From Mobula hypostoma (lineage: Eukaryota), in the NCBI RefSeq assembly GCF_963921235.1, contig NC_086124.1, forward strand, positions 23,002,001-23,066,000: a stretch of DNA of 64,000 nt, read 5' to 3'. Positions 31,055 through 48,812 of this stretch are shown piece by piece. Numbering within the stretch: position 1 is the stretch's first letter; every line of letters begins with the position of its first letter. Under the pieces are notes generated by a model. It did no database searches. It saw nothing but the letters and a program-made list of their open reading frames with translations, and was not told the origin of the DNA. The translations under genes were made by a program, and so were the position numbers.

Positions 31055-32105
31055 TCTCTCTCTCACCCCCTCTCTCTCCCCATCTCCCTCTCCCCCTCCA
31101 TCCTCCTCTTCTCCCCCTCTCATTTTCTCTCCCTTTCTACCTCTCTCCTTCTCTCTCTCCCTCTCCCCATCTCCACCCTCCCCTCTCCCCCTCTTCATCT
31201 CTCCCTTTCTCCCCCTCCCCCTCTCCCCTCCCCACTCTCCTCTTTTCCTGTCCCCTCCCCCTCTTTCCCTCCCCCTCTCCTCGTCTCTCCACCTCCCCTC
31301 TTCCCCTCTCTCCCTTCTCCCCCTCTCCCTCTCTCTCTCCCTGTCTGTATTTAAGAGTACTATTTACAGCAGATTTAAAGGCAACTGTTGCACCATCAAA
31401 TTTTGTGAAATATCTGCAATATCGATTACTTTGTCAATATAAATTATACATCTGCCTTAAAGCCTACTCTCAACTCCCTCCAATCACGTAGCAAGGCTCA
31501 ATATCAGGCGTTCTTTGACCAGGCTTCCCTGAAGAGTCCCGGTGTGTGAAATTAATCAATACCATCTGTCCAGATAAAAACTGCCCTTGCTCTGCGCTGC
31601 CACGGTCATCAGATTTCAGTAAGAATGTATTGGGCTGTTTAATCACAGAGAATGAGTTCGTTATTAACGGCGTCATTGATGAGGACACCCTTGAGTAACG
31701 GGGACAAATTTCACGATACACAACTGCGATGCAACCGTGGCGACTGGCTGGTAAATCCAGTTGGAAGTTAAATTTCGATCGAGACTATAAATCTCTCTCT
31801 CTCTGCGGCAGCAGTACAATGCAACAGATGGTAAAAATCAGAGAAACGGTGAATTACAGGGGAGGGAGGAGGAGGAGAGAGACAGAGAGAGCGAGGGAGG
31901 GAGAGAGAGGAGGGGGAAAGGGTGGGAGAGAGAGGGAGGGAGAGGATGGGAGAGGGAGGGAGGGTGGGAGAAGGAGGGTAAGGGAGGGTAGGAGAGAGAG
32001 GGAGGGAGAGAGAGTGGGAGGGTGGGAGAGAGGGGGAAAGAGGGAGGGTGTTGGAGAAGGTGGCAGAAGGAAAGAGAGAGGGTGAGAGAGGATGGGAGAG
32101 GGAGA
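31055..32105. repeat. Polypyrimidine (31055-31345) and polypurine (31860-32105) low-complexity tracts, mirrored at 55940-56980
   Basis: Almost pure C/T and G/A runs. Confidence 0.85.
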
Positions 32106-34619
32106 AATTGTTGCCGATCTCGGGAGAAAAAGCGTCGTGACTGACTTTTAACACGGTAAATCAGCGAACTGGTTTGTTATGTCTCCCCTCTCGCTGTGAA
32201 AGGGAGATGCCTCTTTCCCCCTTCATTCTGGAGGGAGAGAGCGCCTGTGGCATGTCGAATTGTCGGGTGAACGATTAGTTTTTGTTATTCTGCAGATCAT
32301 GACCTTTATTGGGGGCTTTGCATCCTTGGTGGGTGCAGGGTGCTGATGTTTTAATTTTGCGGAAGAGCGTGGGTGTGGGTGAGGGTCGTTGCTTTACTGC
32401 TGCTGGTGCATGGAAGGGGGTAGTGAGAGGTTTTAGGGTTTTAACGCTTTTACTGTCACTGATTCTTTGGGGTCCTCTTCTGTTTCCGTGGGTGTCTGTG
32501 AAGAACAAGAAGTTCAGGATGGACATTCCCTGCGTTTCTCTGACAGTAAATGGAACTATTGAACTATTGTACCGCGCGAGGAGGCCCTTCCGGCTACGCC
32601 GTCCCCGCAATCCCCGATAAACCTTATTAACCCTGACTTAATCATGGGACAATTTGCAATGACCAATTAATCTACTATCCGGTAGGTCTTTGGACTCTCA
32701 GAGAAAACCGGAAAACCTGGAGGAAATCATGGGGAGGACGTACAGAGGCTCCTGACGGAAAGCACCAGAATTGAACTCCGAACTCTGGAGCACCCCAAGC
32801 TGTAACAGCGTCGCGCTAAAGGCAACGGCTACCGTGGCGTTATGTTCTCTGTGGGCTCCTCCCAGCATATCCTTGGGGATTTACTGATCTTCCTGTTTAT
32901 TGATTGATTGAACAGACTCATCCGGCCCAATCCACTGCACTGCCCAGCAACCCACCTGTTTCACGCTAGCCTAATCACCGGGCAGTTTACAGTGGCCAAT
33001 ACGTCTACTAACCGATACGTCTTTGGACTGTGGTTGGGAACCGGAGCACCGGGAGGAAACCCCCGCGGTCACAGGAAGAAAGTACAAACTTCTTTCAGAC
33101 GGCACGGGAATTGAACTCTGAACTCCGGAAAAGTACCACGCTGTAACAGTGTCCCGGCAACGGCGACGGTAGCGTTAACGCAAATAGCAAATTTCGCAGC
33201 ATGTTTTGATGTACCTTAGATAAATAAATTTCAATCGGTCAATCTAACCTCTCCTTCTCGCGTAGCCCTCCAGTTTTCTTTCATTCATCTCTCTGAGAGC
33301 TTCTTAAATGTCCCGAATGTATCTGCGGGTGGAGGGGTGGGGATACGTCTCGACCAAAGCTCCTTCCCTCCGCTAGCCTGCAGGTCACCCTTGGGCAAGG
33401 TGTAACACCTGTATATACACCCCCTCAACCCGATCAGGGTCATGTGAAGCCATGGAAGCAGGTGATGGATGGTCGCATGAGCAGCTGGTATGTATCACAA
33501 GTCCAGGTGATGCGACCACTGATGCCAGGCAGACAATCTCTAAAGAGAATTAGTGATGGCTGGGGTCACACGTCCTGTCAAGACACTGCCCATGAGGCAA
33601 TGTCAGCCCACTTCCGTGGGGGAGAAAACTTGGCAAGAGCAATCATGGTCACGGATTGAGAAAAGAATAAGAACAGCGTGAGGTGGTCAGATGGAAGACC
33701 ATGATCGACCATGTCATATGATGCGGCACGTAATGATGATGATTATGAATGTATCTGCCTCTACCACTACCCCGGAAGCGTGTTCCACATCAATCAAAGA
33801 CACTTAACATGAATTAGCTGCAGAAATGTTCTTGTGAATGCTGCTTACGGAATGACAGTTGTCTGATGCTGCTGCAAGTGGGCACATACACGTACTTGCG
33901 CCCATGACAATAAACGTGAATTTGAATTATCTCCCTCCCCCCGCCCCCACAGCAGTTTATAAGACCATAAAATATAGTAGAATGAGGCCATTTGGCCCAT
34001 CGAATCTCCTCCTTAGCTGATCAATTTCCTGTCAGCCCCAATTGCGTGCCTTCTCCTTGTTTACCTTCAGAGCCCTGACTAATCAAGAATCTATCAACCT
34101 CTGCCTGAAATATACCCAATTACTTGGCTTCCACAGCCGCCTGTGGCAACGAATTCCACAGATTCACCACTCTAGCTAAAAGAAATTCCTCCTCATCTCC
34201 GTTCTAAACGGTCATCCTAATCTGAGGCTCCGTCTTCTGCCCACACCACAGGAAACATCCCCTCCACATCGGCACTATCGAGATCTTTCAACGCGCGAAA
34301 AGTTTCAATGAGATCCCTCCTCGTATTTCTGAATTCCAGTGAGTACAGGCCCAGAGCCATCAAAGGCTGCTCACATGACAAGGCTTTCCTTCCCGGAATC
34401 ATTTTTGTGAAACTCCTTTGAACTCTCCACAATGCCAGCACATCATTTCTTAGGTAAGGGACCTAAAACTGCTCACAGTACTCCAAGAGAAGACCCGCAA
34501 AGCAGTTCTTTTTATTTAAATAAACACAATGCAAAACTAAACTTAAAATAGATTTTATTAGACAATTCAGATAACAGTATAAAGAAAAATAAACTATTTT
34601 TTACAGACATAAAATAAAA

Positions 34620-37619
<3,000 letters not shown>

Positions 37620-37693
37620 GATCTCTATCTTTCTATCTCTCTCTCTGCTCTCCCAGCTTCAGCGAATTTGTCGCAGCGCATCTCGAACGCACC

Positions 37694-37812
37694 TATTTAT
37701 ACCCCACCCGGTGGAACGTTCTCTTCAGCCGGGCCGCGCTCTGATTGGCGCAAACGGGGCCAGCGGTTCAGATTGGAACGGGGAGACAAAGGCTGCGAGA
37801 ACGCCGATTGGT
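37694..37812 (-). promoter_or_regulatory. Core promoter of tubulin gene E (TATAAATA, CCAAT x3)
   Basis: TATAAATA on the minus strand at 37694-37701; three ATTGG on the plus strand between ~37744 and 37812. Confidence 0.75.
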
Positions 37813-39530
37813 TCTTGGCCCCAGTGAAGGAACAAAGGGGTTCTCGGTGAACCTGTTATTCGAAAGGCGCAGCGTGATAAAGGAATCGTTTGGAATTCAG
37901 TTGTCTTTTCGGCGCAGGGACAAACCACCCAAAACCCCAGAAATTCATTCAAAACCAAGGAGATCACTTCCGCATACTGTATTCCAGGTGCTGCCCATCG
38001 GGGACCACCGTATAATCTCAATGTATAGACATTACTCCTCTGATCAAGCTAGAACAGAGAAATTTACAGCACATTACAGACCCTTCGGCCCACAATGTTG
38101 TGCCGACCATGTAACCTACTCTAGAGACTGGCTAAGAATTTCCTTAGCGCATGACCCTATATTTTTCTAAGCTCCGTGTACCTGTCTAAGAGGCTCCAAA
38201 TAAATAGCGTGAAGTGTGAAAAATACGAACCGATTCGCTTTGGGGGGGGGGGGGTCGAAGTTGAAGGCAGAATATAGGGTTAAAGACCGGCTTATAGCAG
38301 CGTGGTGGAACAGAGGGTCTTAGGACCCACGTCCCTGGATCAGTCAACTCAAAGGATGCTTAAGAAAACCTGCGCCGTGTTAGCTTCCGTTAGTCGCCTG
38401 GCTGAGTTAAAGACCGTGAGGTAATATTGCAGCTCTATATATCTCTAGCTGGACTGCATTAGTGTTCACCTCATTATAGGAGGGTGTAGAAGATTTATAG
38501 GGGTGCAGAGGAGATTTACCAGGATGCTGCTTGTCTTGCGAAGAGCGAACTTGGGCTTTTCACTTCGGAACGAAGAAGGAGAGAAGTGACTTGATGGAGA
38601 TGTACGAGGTGATAAGAGGCAGAGATCCAGAAGACATGCAAGAGAGTTTTTCCAGGAAATGGCTAATACGAGGAGGAGGGGCATAATTTTAGGGTGTTTG
38701 GGGGCAAGTGTTGGGGAGATGTCAGTGTTGTTACTCTTTTTTTTACCAGAGAGTGGTGGGTGCGTGTAACGCCCTGCCAGGCTAGTGATAAACACAGGTA
38801 CACTAGGGGCATTTAACAAACTCTGAGATAGGCCCTTGGATGATGGAAATTAGAGGGATATGTGGGAGGGAAAGGTAGGTTAAATTGATATTAGATCACC
38901 CTTACTGATGGATAGATCGCCCACGGCAGCCCACCAGAGTTCCCTGTCCTGGCCTTGCCTTTCAGATTGTGCCCAGATGTAGCCTACCTTCTTGATGTCA
39001 GATCTTTCCTCTTCCAGAGCCGAGTTCTTCGGAGTTTCCACTGGCATTTCTGTAGCTCTGGACATTTACGGGACGGGGTTGCTAGCTCCATACCTAACTC
39101 TGCGCTTTGCGCAGCCGGCCTCGGGAACGCTCAAGGCGCAATTAGATTAATCTTAGAGTAGATTAAGATGTCGGCAAAACATCGTGTCCCGAAGGGCTGA
39201 ATAAGCGTTCTAAATAAGTGGTCGTCAACTTGTAGAACTAGTGTGTGGGCTTTGGAGAGGTTGGGAAATTAATTTGCCAAAATGTGGTTTGGGTTTGAGG
39301 GTACGGGCTATGCGGAGAGGTCGGACAAACTCGGGTCGTTTCTTCGGGAGCGGCAAAGCCCGAGGGGAGACCTGATCGAGGTTTATAAAATTATGAGACC
39401 CATAGACAGGGCCAAGAAGATCTTCTGTTCCCGGGATGGAAAGGATTGACGATGAGAATTTTAAACACATTTACAAGGCAGTATTTTTCACAAGAGAGCG
39501 GTGTGTGCTGGAACTCACGGTCAGGGGAGG

Positions 39531-41989
39531 TGGTGGAAGCAGATGCGATATTTTTAATAAAAAGCCTCTACGACGCATTCAGACAGGCGGAAGAACAGTC
39601 AGGTATTGGAGGATATCTATCTATCTATCTGTCTGTCTATATGTCTGACTATCTGTCTCTCTGTCTATCTCACCTGGTCCGCACAGCAGTGTTCCACTTT
39701 CCAAGTAGACTAAGGAAATCGAAGCTCCCACCCCCATCCCCACCTTAACTGAATTTTGCAGGCGCACCATTGAGAGCATCCTGACAATCTCCATCTCCAT
39801 CTGGCATGGGAATAGCTGAGCATAAGACCGGATGTCCCTACTGAGGGACTGCGAGAACGGCTGAGAGGATCATAGGGGACTCCCTACCATCCGTCAGGGA
39901 CATTGATCAGGAACGCTGCGTACGCAGGGCCCTTAGTAAATTCAACTATCCCACCCATCCATCCAGCCTCCTCTTTGACTTTCTACCATCAGTCAGGAGA
40001 CTCCGAAGCATCAAAACAAGAACGGCCAGGATGGGAAACAAGTTTCTTCAATCGCCATTGGGCTTTTGAGCTTCCTGCCGCATTACATTTGAAGTGTCAG
40101 CAGATAATTTGTACAGTACCCGACAATATTTAATTTATGCACTTTACGTTGTTTATCTATGCTTAATTTATGTATAGATTTAATTCTTACTTTCCTAAGT
40201 TATTGTGTGTTATATGTGGTATGTGTACTACTGTGCGTTATACCCTGGATCGCAGAAACTGTGCCTCATTTGACGGTATACATATAGTATTTAGTTGAAT
40301 AACAATAAACTTGATTTGACGTTACTTGACTGTCTGTATGTCTGTCTATCTATTTATCTGTCCATCTGTCCACCTGACTGCCTCTCTATCTGTCTTTGTA
40401 TCCACACAGTACCGAACACACACTCCCGGCACAATGAACCGTTTCGTCCGTTTGTCCTGTGCCGTGTCGTATGACATGGGCGGTCACGGACGATCGTGGA
40501 CTTTCCATGCCAATTTTCTTGGCAATTTTTTTGTACAGAAGTGGTTTGCTATTGCATTCTTCAGGGGAGTGTCTTTACAAGACAGGTGATCCTAGCCATT
40601 ATCAACGCTCTTCTGAGATGGTCTGCCTGGAGTTAGTGGTCGCATCACCAGGACTTGTGATATGCACCAGCTACTCATACGACCATCCGCCACCTGCTCC
40701 CATGGCTTCACATGACTCTGATCGGGGGGAGGGGGTGTTGCTCAGCCAGTTCTACAGCTTGCCCAAGAGCGACCTTCAGGCTAACGGGTGGAAGGAGCGT
40801 CTTACACCTTTGGTAGAGACGTACTGTATCTGCAGCTCACCACTCACCACCTATTTAACACTAGCCCAATCATAGGACAATAAGCACTTAATCTAGTAAC
40901 CGATACGTCACTGGACAGTGAGAGAAACCAGATCACCCGGGAACACACGCTCATGGCAAAGACGTCCAGACTTTCTTGTAGAGGGCGTCGGATCTGACCG
41001 ACGCCCCGTGGTGTAACACCGTCACGCTAACCGCTACGCTACTGTGGTAGCACAAAGAAAATTCCGGAGGCGCTCGGCAGATTGGGCAGCATTTATGCGG
41101 AGCAATGAACAGTCCAGGTCTCAGGCTGAGACCGTTAATCGGAGTCATGAGTCCGAAACGTCAACTGTTTAGTCCTATGCATATTTTGCCTGACCTGCTG
41201 AGTTCCTTCAGCATTTTGAGACTATAAGATATTGGAGCAGAATCAGGCCACCTAGTCTGCTCCGCTCGTTCACTTTCCCACTCAGTTCAATCTCCTGCCT
41301 TCTCCCCGTATCCCTTCATGCCCTGACAAACCAATAATATATCAACCCCTGCCTTAAATATACATTAAGACTTGGCCGCGACAGATGCCTCTGGCAAATA
41401 TTTCGACAGATTTTATCTGTGTTGCTCGGATTTCCAGCATCTGTAGAATTTCCTGTGTATGTAGAGGGATATGAATTCTGTGCAGACAGAATAGATTAAT
41501 TTGGGTTGGCACATACACTTGGGTCCAGAGAACTGTATCCGTGCCGTATGACGCTGTTACAGAAACAGGCCCTTCGGCTCAGCTGGTCCGTGCCAACCAA
41601 GCTACACCATCCGAGCCGGTCCCATTTGTCAGGCTTTGGCCCCATAAGCCCGTAGTCCTGGTCCTGGGTCGTGTGTTGTCCGAAAGGGCAGGATACCGAA
41701 TGGTTTGCTGTTGCTTGCCCCGCCAGAGATTCTCGTACAAGGACTCCTAGTCCCTCTGACTGCGTCTCCATTGAAAATCAATGCACCGGCCCCGCAGGAC
41801 GTCAGCATGTGGGAGGAAATCAGAGTAGTGGGGGTAGGCGGGGAGGTACCCACGGGATCACAGAGAGAGCCGTCTCCACCAAAGCACAACGCACCGGCCA
41901 CGCAGGTCATTCAGATGTGGGAGGACACCGGAGTAGCGAGGGGTGGGGTATCTATGGGGCCACAGAGAGAATATGCGCGCGCACACATA

Positions 41990-42044
<55 letters not shown>

Positions 42045-43171
42045 CGCCGGAGGTCGGTGCCTGAGCTCTGCTCTCCAGAGCTCCCGTACAAATGACATTT
42101 CAGCAATTTAAGTGTGGAAAAGAAACTCAAATTATGTTTTTTCCAGGTGGCTTTTCAAGATTTTGGGGATCATTTATCGGTTAAGAGCAAAATCGTGAGA
42201 CGCCACATACAGTACCTCACAAGTGAGAGTTGGGACGTTTGTTAGAGTTGTAGAAAGACTTTAGGAAGTCTCAATTTGGAATATTTTGTGCAGTGTTGGT
42301 CACCTACCCACAGGAAAGATATCAATAAGATTGAAAGAGACTTAAAGGATGTTGCCTGGACTTGAGGACCTGAATTATAGGGAGAGACTGAATAGGTTAG
42401 AACTTTATTCCCGGGAGTGTAGGAGAATGAAGGGAGATTTGATAGTGGTATACAAAATTAGAGGGGTATAGATCGGGTAAATACAAACAGGCATTCTTCC
42501 CACTGAGGTTGGGTGAGACTAGAACTAGAGCTCATAGGTTTAAGGTGAAAGGTGAGTTATTTAAGGGGAACATAAGGGGGGCCTGTTCACTCAGAGGAAG
42601 GTGAGAGTGTGGAACGAGCTGCTAATGGAAGAGGTCGACACGGGTTCGATGTAAACATTCAATAATAGTTCGGCACGGACTAGACGGGCCGAAGGACCTG
42701 TCACTGTGCTATAGTGTTCTATGTCTCTATAGCCTGCTCTTTGCTAGAGGTGAACATCGCCGGCTGCCTTGCAGCCCCGTGACCGCTCCCTGTAAAGTCA
42801 TCCCTCAGTGAGCCTCCGGAGACAGAACAAGGAAAGGGGGATGTTTTGGTGACTGATACCCCGTGGACAAGACGATCTGACAGGCTGCAGAAAACTCAAC
42901 CAATCATTCTGATGATTAGAGAGACACAGGTTTGAAGTAACCGCGGTCCGCATCAGCAGGGACTTGAGGTTAAAGAAATGTCACCTGTCTGAATTAGAAT
43001 TTGGAATGACGGCACCAGATTTTATCGCCTGCAGTATCTTGTATCTCCATATGAAAGGAAGGACAAGAATTGGAATCTCAGCTGTGGAAATGGCAACGAC
43101 GAACGATATGCCTGAAGAGCTTCCAGTCACCTCCTCCCCTGCCTCCGTTCTGTTCCCCAAACAGTCCTTTC
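39531..43171. repeat. Inverted duplication arm A-prime
   Basis: Reverse complement of 26006-30959, lacking two retro-insertions present in arm A. Confidence 0.9.
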
Positions 43172-44150
43172 CTGCCTATCACCTCCCTGCTTCCCCTCCC
43201 ACAACCCTTTATCTTTTCCCTTACTTGTTTTTCACCCGGAACCTACCAACCTCCTCCTTCCCACCCTCTCTCATCTTCTTTAGAGGGCCTCTGCCCCTTC
43301 CCTCTACAGTCCTGTCGAAGAGTTCCGGACCGAAACGTTGACTGATCGTTTCCACGGATGCTGAGTTCCTCCAGCGTGTTGTGAGTGTTGCCTGGGCACA
43401 TCTTGTCCGGTGGTATATATACTCCACTAATCCCTCCCTCCTGATTGGTTAGTCCTCATACATATGATGTATGTAGTCTTTATAGGAGGATAGAACAATG
43501 ACGCAGAACAGGCCCTTCGGCCCACAATGTCTCTGCTGAACACAACACCAAATTAAACTAATCCCACCTGTCTGCACAAGCTCCACAATCCTCCATTCTC
43601 TGCCATCTGTGTCTGTCTGACTGCCTCTTAAAGACCAGTACCCTGGCAGCCTGTTCAAAGATTTGCTCTGTTAGTCACAAGTGCGTCGAAACATACAGTG
43701 AAATGCGTTGATTGTGTCAATTGAAATCAGTGAGGATTGTATGGGTGTCAACGTAGCATGACCACAACTCACACCTTTGAGAGAAAAGAGCGAACAGACA
43801 AACTCCTTACAGGCAGCGATGGGGACTGACCCCGGGTCGCCTGCCCTGTAACAGCGTTAAGCTAACCACTATGCTACCGTGCCATCCGGGGTCAATTCCA
43901 GCTGCTGCTTGTAAGCAGTTTGTACGTTCTCCCCATGACCGCTGGGTGCTCCGGGTTCCTCCCGCATTCCAAAGACATACGGGTTATTCGGTGATTTGGT
44001 CACATGGGTGTCTTTGGGCAGCACGGGCTCAGTGGGCCTGAAAAGCCCATTACCCGTTCCGTACCTCAAATGGAATTAGAAGGAAACCCCACCTGGTGAT
44101 CATCGGCACAGCAACAGTGTTACGTTAACCATATGCTGACATACTGCCCC
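43166..44150. repeat. ~1 kb inverted duplication (pairs with 57440-58433)
   Basis: Mirrored ORFs 43869-44069 / 57522-57722 and 43449-43658 / 57932-58138. Confidence 0.88.
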
Positions 44151-44314
44151 ACCTTCAAACTTTCACCCTAAACCCATGACCTCTAGTTCATCCCATATTC
44201 AGCTCACAATAAATATCCAGAACATGAGATGAAGAATTCTCGGAAGTGAGTCCATAGGTTGTGGGAACAGTTCAGTGACGTGGTAAGTGAAGCTGAGTGA
44301 AGTTATCCCCTTAC

Positions 44315-47300
44315 GTCACCGTTTACAACCTGGAGGTAACATTTCTTGCGGGCATACTCAGTAAATCCAAAGAATAATAGCTTTAACAAAGACCGCACCA
44401 ACTTTGGTGTTCAGCCGGTGTAGTTGAAGACAACAAACTGTGTAAATACAATAATAATAATGCAACAAATATGAGAACATGAGACGAAGAGTCCTTGAAA
44501 ATTAGTCCGTAGTTTATGGGAGTATTTCGGTGATGGGGTCAAGTGACTGTGAGTAGTTATCCCCTTTGGTTTAAGACCCTGATGGTTGAAGGGAAATAAC
44601 TGTTCCCAAACCTGGAGATGTGAGTCCTGAGGCTCCTCTACCTTCTTCCTGATGGCAGCAACAAGAGTAGAGCACGGCCCGGATGGCGTCGCGGGGGGTG
44701 GGGGGGGGGGGGTCGGTGGGAGTCCCTGATGATGGATGCTGCTCTCCTGCAACATCGCTTCGTGCAGATGTGCTCAGTGATGGGGAGGGTTTTACCGTGA
44801 TGGATTGGGCCGTAGCCACTACTTTTAGTGGGATTTTCTGTTCAAAAGCCTTGGTGTCTCATAAGGGCATGGCTGAGAACGGACCCAAGTGCAAGACACA
44901 GACACTGAAGAACTAGGGACAGGACTAGGATACAGGGCGATGGCAAGGACATGGACAGGAAAACCAGGAACCTGGAGCAGGACTTGTCAAGAGAGCTAGG
45001 AGCCCAGGCTTAGACTCCGAGCCAGAGACTGGACAAAGACCCAGTACCTGGGTCTTGCCTCTGGCTCGGATCCCAGAACTAGGCAAGGACGAGGCTTGGC
45101 AGGCAGGCAGGACGAGGCTGGAGTCTTCAGGCTTGAGGCTAGAGGCTAGAGATTAGAGGCAAGGCTTGGCAGGAGGCAGGAGGCTGGAGTCTTCAGGCTT
45201 GAAGCTAGAGGCTAGAGACTTGGCTTAGCAAGAGGCTGGTGGCTGGAGACTTGAGGCGAGGAGAGGCTGGGGGCTGGAGGCAGGAGACTTGAGGAGAGGC
45301 TTGGCAGGCTCTTCCTGGGCAGGGCGCGGATCACCACCCGACAGAGGCAAGGGACAGGAAGGGACAGAACCAACCCCAGGTAACGGCGAGACTGCCTGGC
45401 TTACCTGGGCGGAGGCAAGGGACAGGAAGGGAGCTAGGTACAGGGTGGCTCCAGAACAAGACTGCAGGCGAGACGAGGCGAGAGATACCGGCAAGACAAG
45501 GCAAGGCTTCTGGCAAAGCAAGGCGAGACGAGAACTTCAGGCGAGGCGAGAGTTACCGGCAAGACAAGGCAGGGCTTCAGGCGACGAAACAGAAGGCAGA
45601 GGAAGGCAAACAAGGCGTAAGGACAAGAACAATCCAGCAGCCGCACCCTGGTCTCTGAAGGTATGTATGCAGCCAGCCCCAACGAGCATCAGCTGACTCA
45701 ATTAGAGCTCAACAAGCCAAAAACAGGGTAGACAGGAAAACCCGGACAAGGGTCACTGGACCGGACCGTGAACTGGAATACGGACTTCACGGACCGGACC
45801 ACGACATGGCGTTTCCAGATCAGGATGTGATGCAGCCAGTCAATATACTCTCCACCATTCATCTAAAGAAGTTTTAGCTGTCATGCCGAATCTCCACAAA
45901 CTCCTAAGGCAGAAGATGCTTTCTTCGCAATTGCACCTACATGCTGGGCCCAGGACACCTCCTCCAAAATGATAACACATTTGATTGGTTGGTGACACAG
46001 GGCAAATTCAGATCAATGGGACGAGCTCAAGGAATCATCTTGGTTAGCATGGATGAATTGGGCCGAAGGATCTTTTCCTCCATATGAGCCTTGAAACTAA
46101 AGCTTCTTAAGGTGAATGTGGAGGGGATATGAATGTCCCTCAAAAAGTTGTCCTCCATCACCCTCGGCACCTGGGATATGCGCTCTTCTCATTGTTGCCA
46201 CCAGTGGGAGGTACAGCGAGAAGGGAGCTTGACCTGGGCAGTGGGCATCCCAGAAACTCCATGTAAATGTGCTCAGTGATGAGGAGGGCTTTACCTGCGA
46301 TGGACTGGGCTGTATTCACTACTTTTTTGTAGGGTTTCCCGTTCAAGGGCACTGGTGTTTCCACACCCGACTGTGATGCCGCCGGTCAATATACTCTCCA
46401 TCACATATCTACTGAAGTTTGTCAATTTCTGAGATGCTCCGAAGGATTCCATACTTTCTTTCTGTAGTTGCATTTATGTGCTGGGCCCAGGACAGGTCCT
46501 CTGAAATGATAACAGCAAGGAATTCACAGTTGCTAACCCTCTCCACCTCTGACTCTACGATGAGGACTGGCTCCACCCCCTGAAGCCAACAATCGACTCC
46601 TTAGCCTTGCTGACATTGAGTAAGAGATAGTTGTTGTAGCACCACTCAACTAGATTTTCAATCTTTCTCCTGTACATTGATTTGGCCTATGACAGTGGTG
46701 TCGTCAGCAAAGTTAAGTACTGCATTGAAGCTGCGCTTAGCCATTGGCCATTCGGACATTGTTTGGCTGAGGAGAAGAAGTTGTTCCTGAATCACCATGT
46801 GTGAGTCTTCAGGCTCCTGTACCTCCCACTGGTGGCAACAATGAGAAGAGAGCATATCCCAGGTGCTGAGGGTCCTTAGTGATGGAGGACAATTGTTTTG
46901 AGGGACCATCATATCCCCTCCACATTCACCTTAGGAAGTTTTCGTTACAAGGCTCATATGGAGGAAACGGTCCTTCAACCCAACTCATCCATGCTAACCA
47001 AGGTGATTCCTTGAGCTAGTCCCATTGATTTGAATTTGGCCTGTGTCACTAACCAATCAAATTTTGGAGGGCCTGTCCTGGGCCTGTGACTGCAATTGCG
47101 AAGAAAGCATCTTCTGCCTTAGGAGTTTGTGGAGATTCGGTATGACAGCTAAAACTTCTTTAGATGAATGGTGGAGAGTATATTGACTGGCTGCATCACA
47201 TCTTGATATGGAAACACCAAGGCTTTGAGCATAAAATTCCACCAAAAGTAGTGGATACGGCCCAGTCCATCACGGTAAAGCCCTCCCCATCATTCAGCAC

Positions 47301-47742
47301 ATCTGCACGAAGTGTTGTTGCAGGAGAGCAGCATCCATCATCAGCGACCCCCACCCCCACCCACGCCATCCAGGCCGTGCTTTATTCTTGTTGCTGCCAT
47401 CAGGAAGAAGGTAGAGGAGCCTCAGGACTCACGCCTCCTGGTTTGGGAACAGTTATTACCCCTCAACCATCAGGCTCTTGAACCAAAGGGGATAACCACT
47501 CAATTTCATTTGCCCCATCACTGAAATACCCCCATAAACTACAGACTCACTTTCAAGGACTCTTCATCTCATGTTCTTATATTTATGGCTTTATTATTAT
47601 TATTATTGTATTTATACAGTTTGTTGTCTTTAATACACCGGCTGAACACCAAAGTTGGTGCAGTCTTTGTTATGGCTATTATTCCATGGATTTATTGAGT
47701 ATGCCCGCAGGAAATGTTATCTCAAGGTTGTAAACAGTGACA
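44315..47742. repeat. Local palindrome: 44315-46216 (interrupted by an LTR) versus 46817-47742
   Basis: Reverse-complement match that runs across junctions between different repeat fragments (45990-46216 vs 46817-47057; 45811-45935 vs 47091-47216). Confidence 0.78.
44855..45806 (-). mobile_element. Solo LTR (Gypsy-like), ~950 bp
   Basis: TGTC...GACA termini; TGCACTTGGGTCC near the 3' end on the minus strand; interrupts CCTTGG|TGTTTCC, which is intact in the partner arm (~47210-47222); short TGG duplication. Confidence 0.68.
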
Positions 47743-47919
47743 TATATGTATTTTGATAATAAATTTGCTCAGAACTTCTGAACTTTGATGTACCCGTCGA
47801 AGTAGCTTTTAAACGTTGCAGTTGCACCCGCCGCTTTCTGGCAGCTTGTTCCACATAACCCCCACACTCTGTGTGAAAAAGTTGCCCCTCGATTCTCCTT
47901 TAATTCTCTCCCCTCTTGC

Positions 47920-48600
47920 ACAGACATTAATAACAATTTCAAGTTTCTGGGTGTCAATCTCTCTGAGGATCTAATCTGGTCCCAACATATCGATGCAGCT
48001 AAAAAGAAGGCAAGACAGCTGCTATATTTCATTATGAGTTTGAGGAGATTGATTTGTCATCTGAAACACTGGAACGTTTCTACTGATGTACGGTGGGGTG
48101 CATTCTGACTGGCTGCATCACCGTCTGGTATGGGAGGGCCACTGCACAGGATTGAAGTAAGCCGCTGAGAGTTGGGAAATTAGTCAGCTCCATGATGGCA
48201 CTAGTCTCCGTAGTAGCTAGGACATCTTCGAGGAGCGATGTCTCAAGAAGGTGGCATCCATTATTAAGGACCCCCATCACCCAGGACATACCCCCTTCTC
48301 ATTGTTACCATCAGGGAGGAGGTACAGAAGCCTGAAGGCACATACTCTACTTTTGAGGAACAGCTTTTTCCCCTCTGTCATCCGATTTCTGAATGAATAT
48401 TGAATCCGTAACACAGCACCAGTACTTTTTAATATCTATTTTTACCCTTGTTAATTAACTATTATATACTTTAACATATTTTATATGTAATTACTTACTG
48501 TAATTCGCTGTTTTTTTCTAGGTTTACCAGGTATTGCATTGTACAGCTGCCGCAAAGCTAACAAATTTCAGGACATATTAAACCTGATTCTGATTCTGAG
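47920..48600 (+). mobile_element. Rex1-like LINE 3' fragment
   Basis: FKFLGV.LSEDL.W, ILTGCITVWYG, LLPSGRRYRSL; tail (CTGATT)n. Confidence 0.65.
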
Positions 48601-48812
48601 ATGAGCCGACGGCTGTGACAGAGAGAAGAAACCCCGTTAATCTGACCCCACGCAAAAACCGCCGGAGGAGCTCCGCAGGCCGGGCAGCATCTGAATGACG
48701 GATGCTACAAACAACAGCGCAGACCAGTACAGGTCCGTCGGGGACCGTGATCCACGAGCTCACCGGGGCTGGGGTTAGATGAACGTGTATGTCTGTGGAT
48801 GGGTATGGAGCT
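48488..48812. repeat. ~325 bp inverted repeat (pairs with 57113-57439) bracketing the gene F cassette
   Basis: GGGGCTGGGGTTAGATGAACGTG...TCTGTGGATGG at 48765-48812 is the reverse complement of 57113-57160; similarity continues to GTAATTACTTACTGTAAT. Confidence 0.82.
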
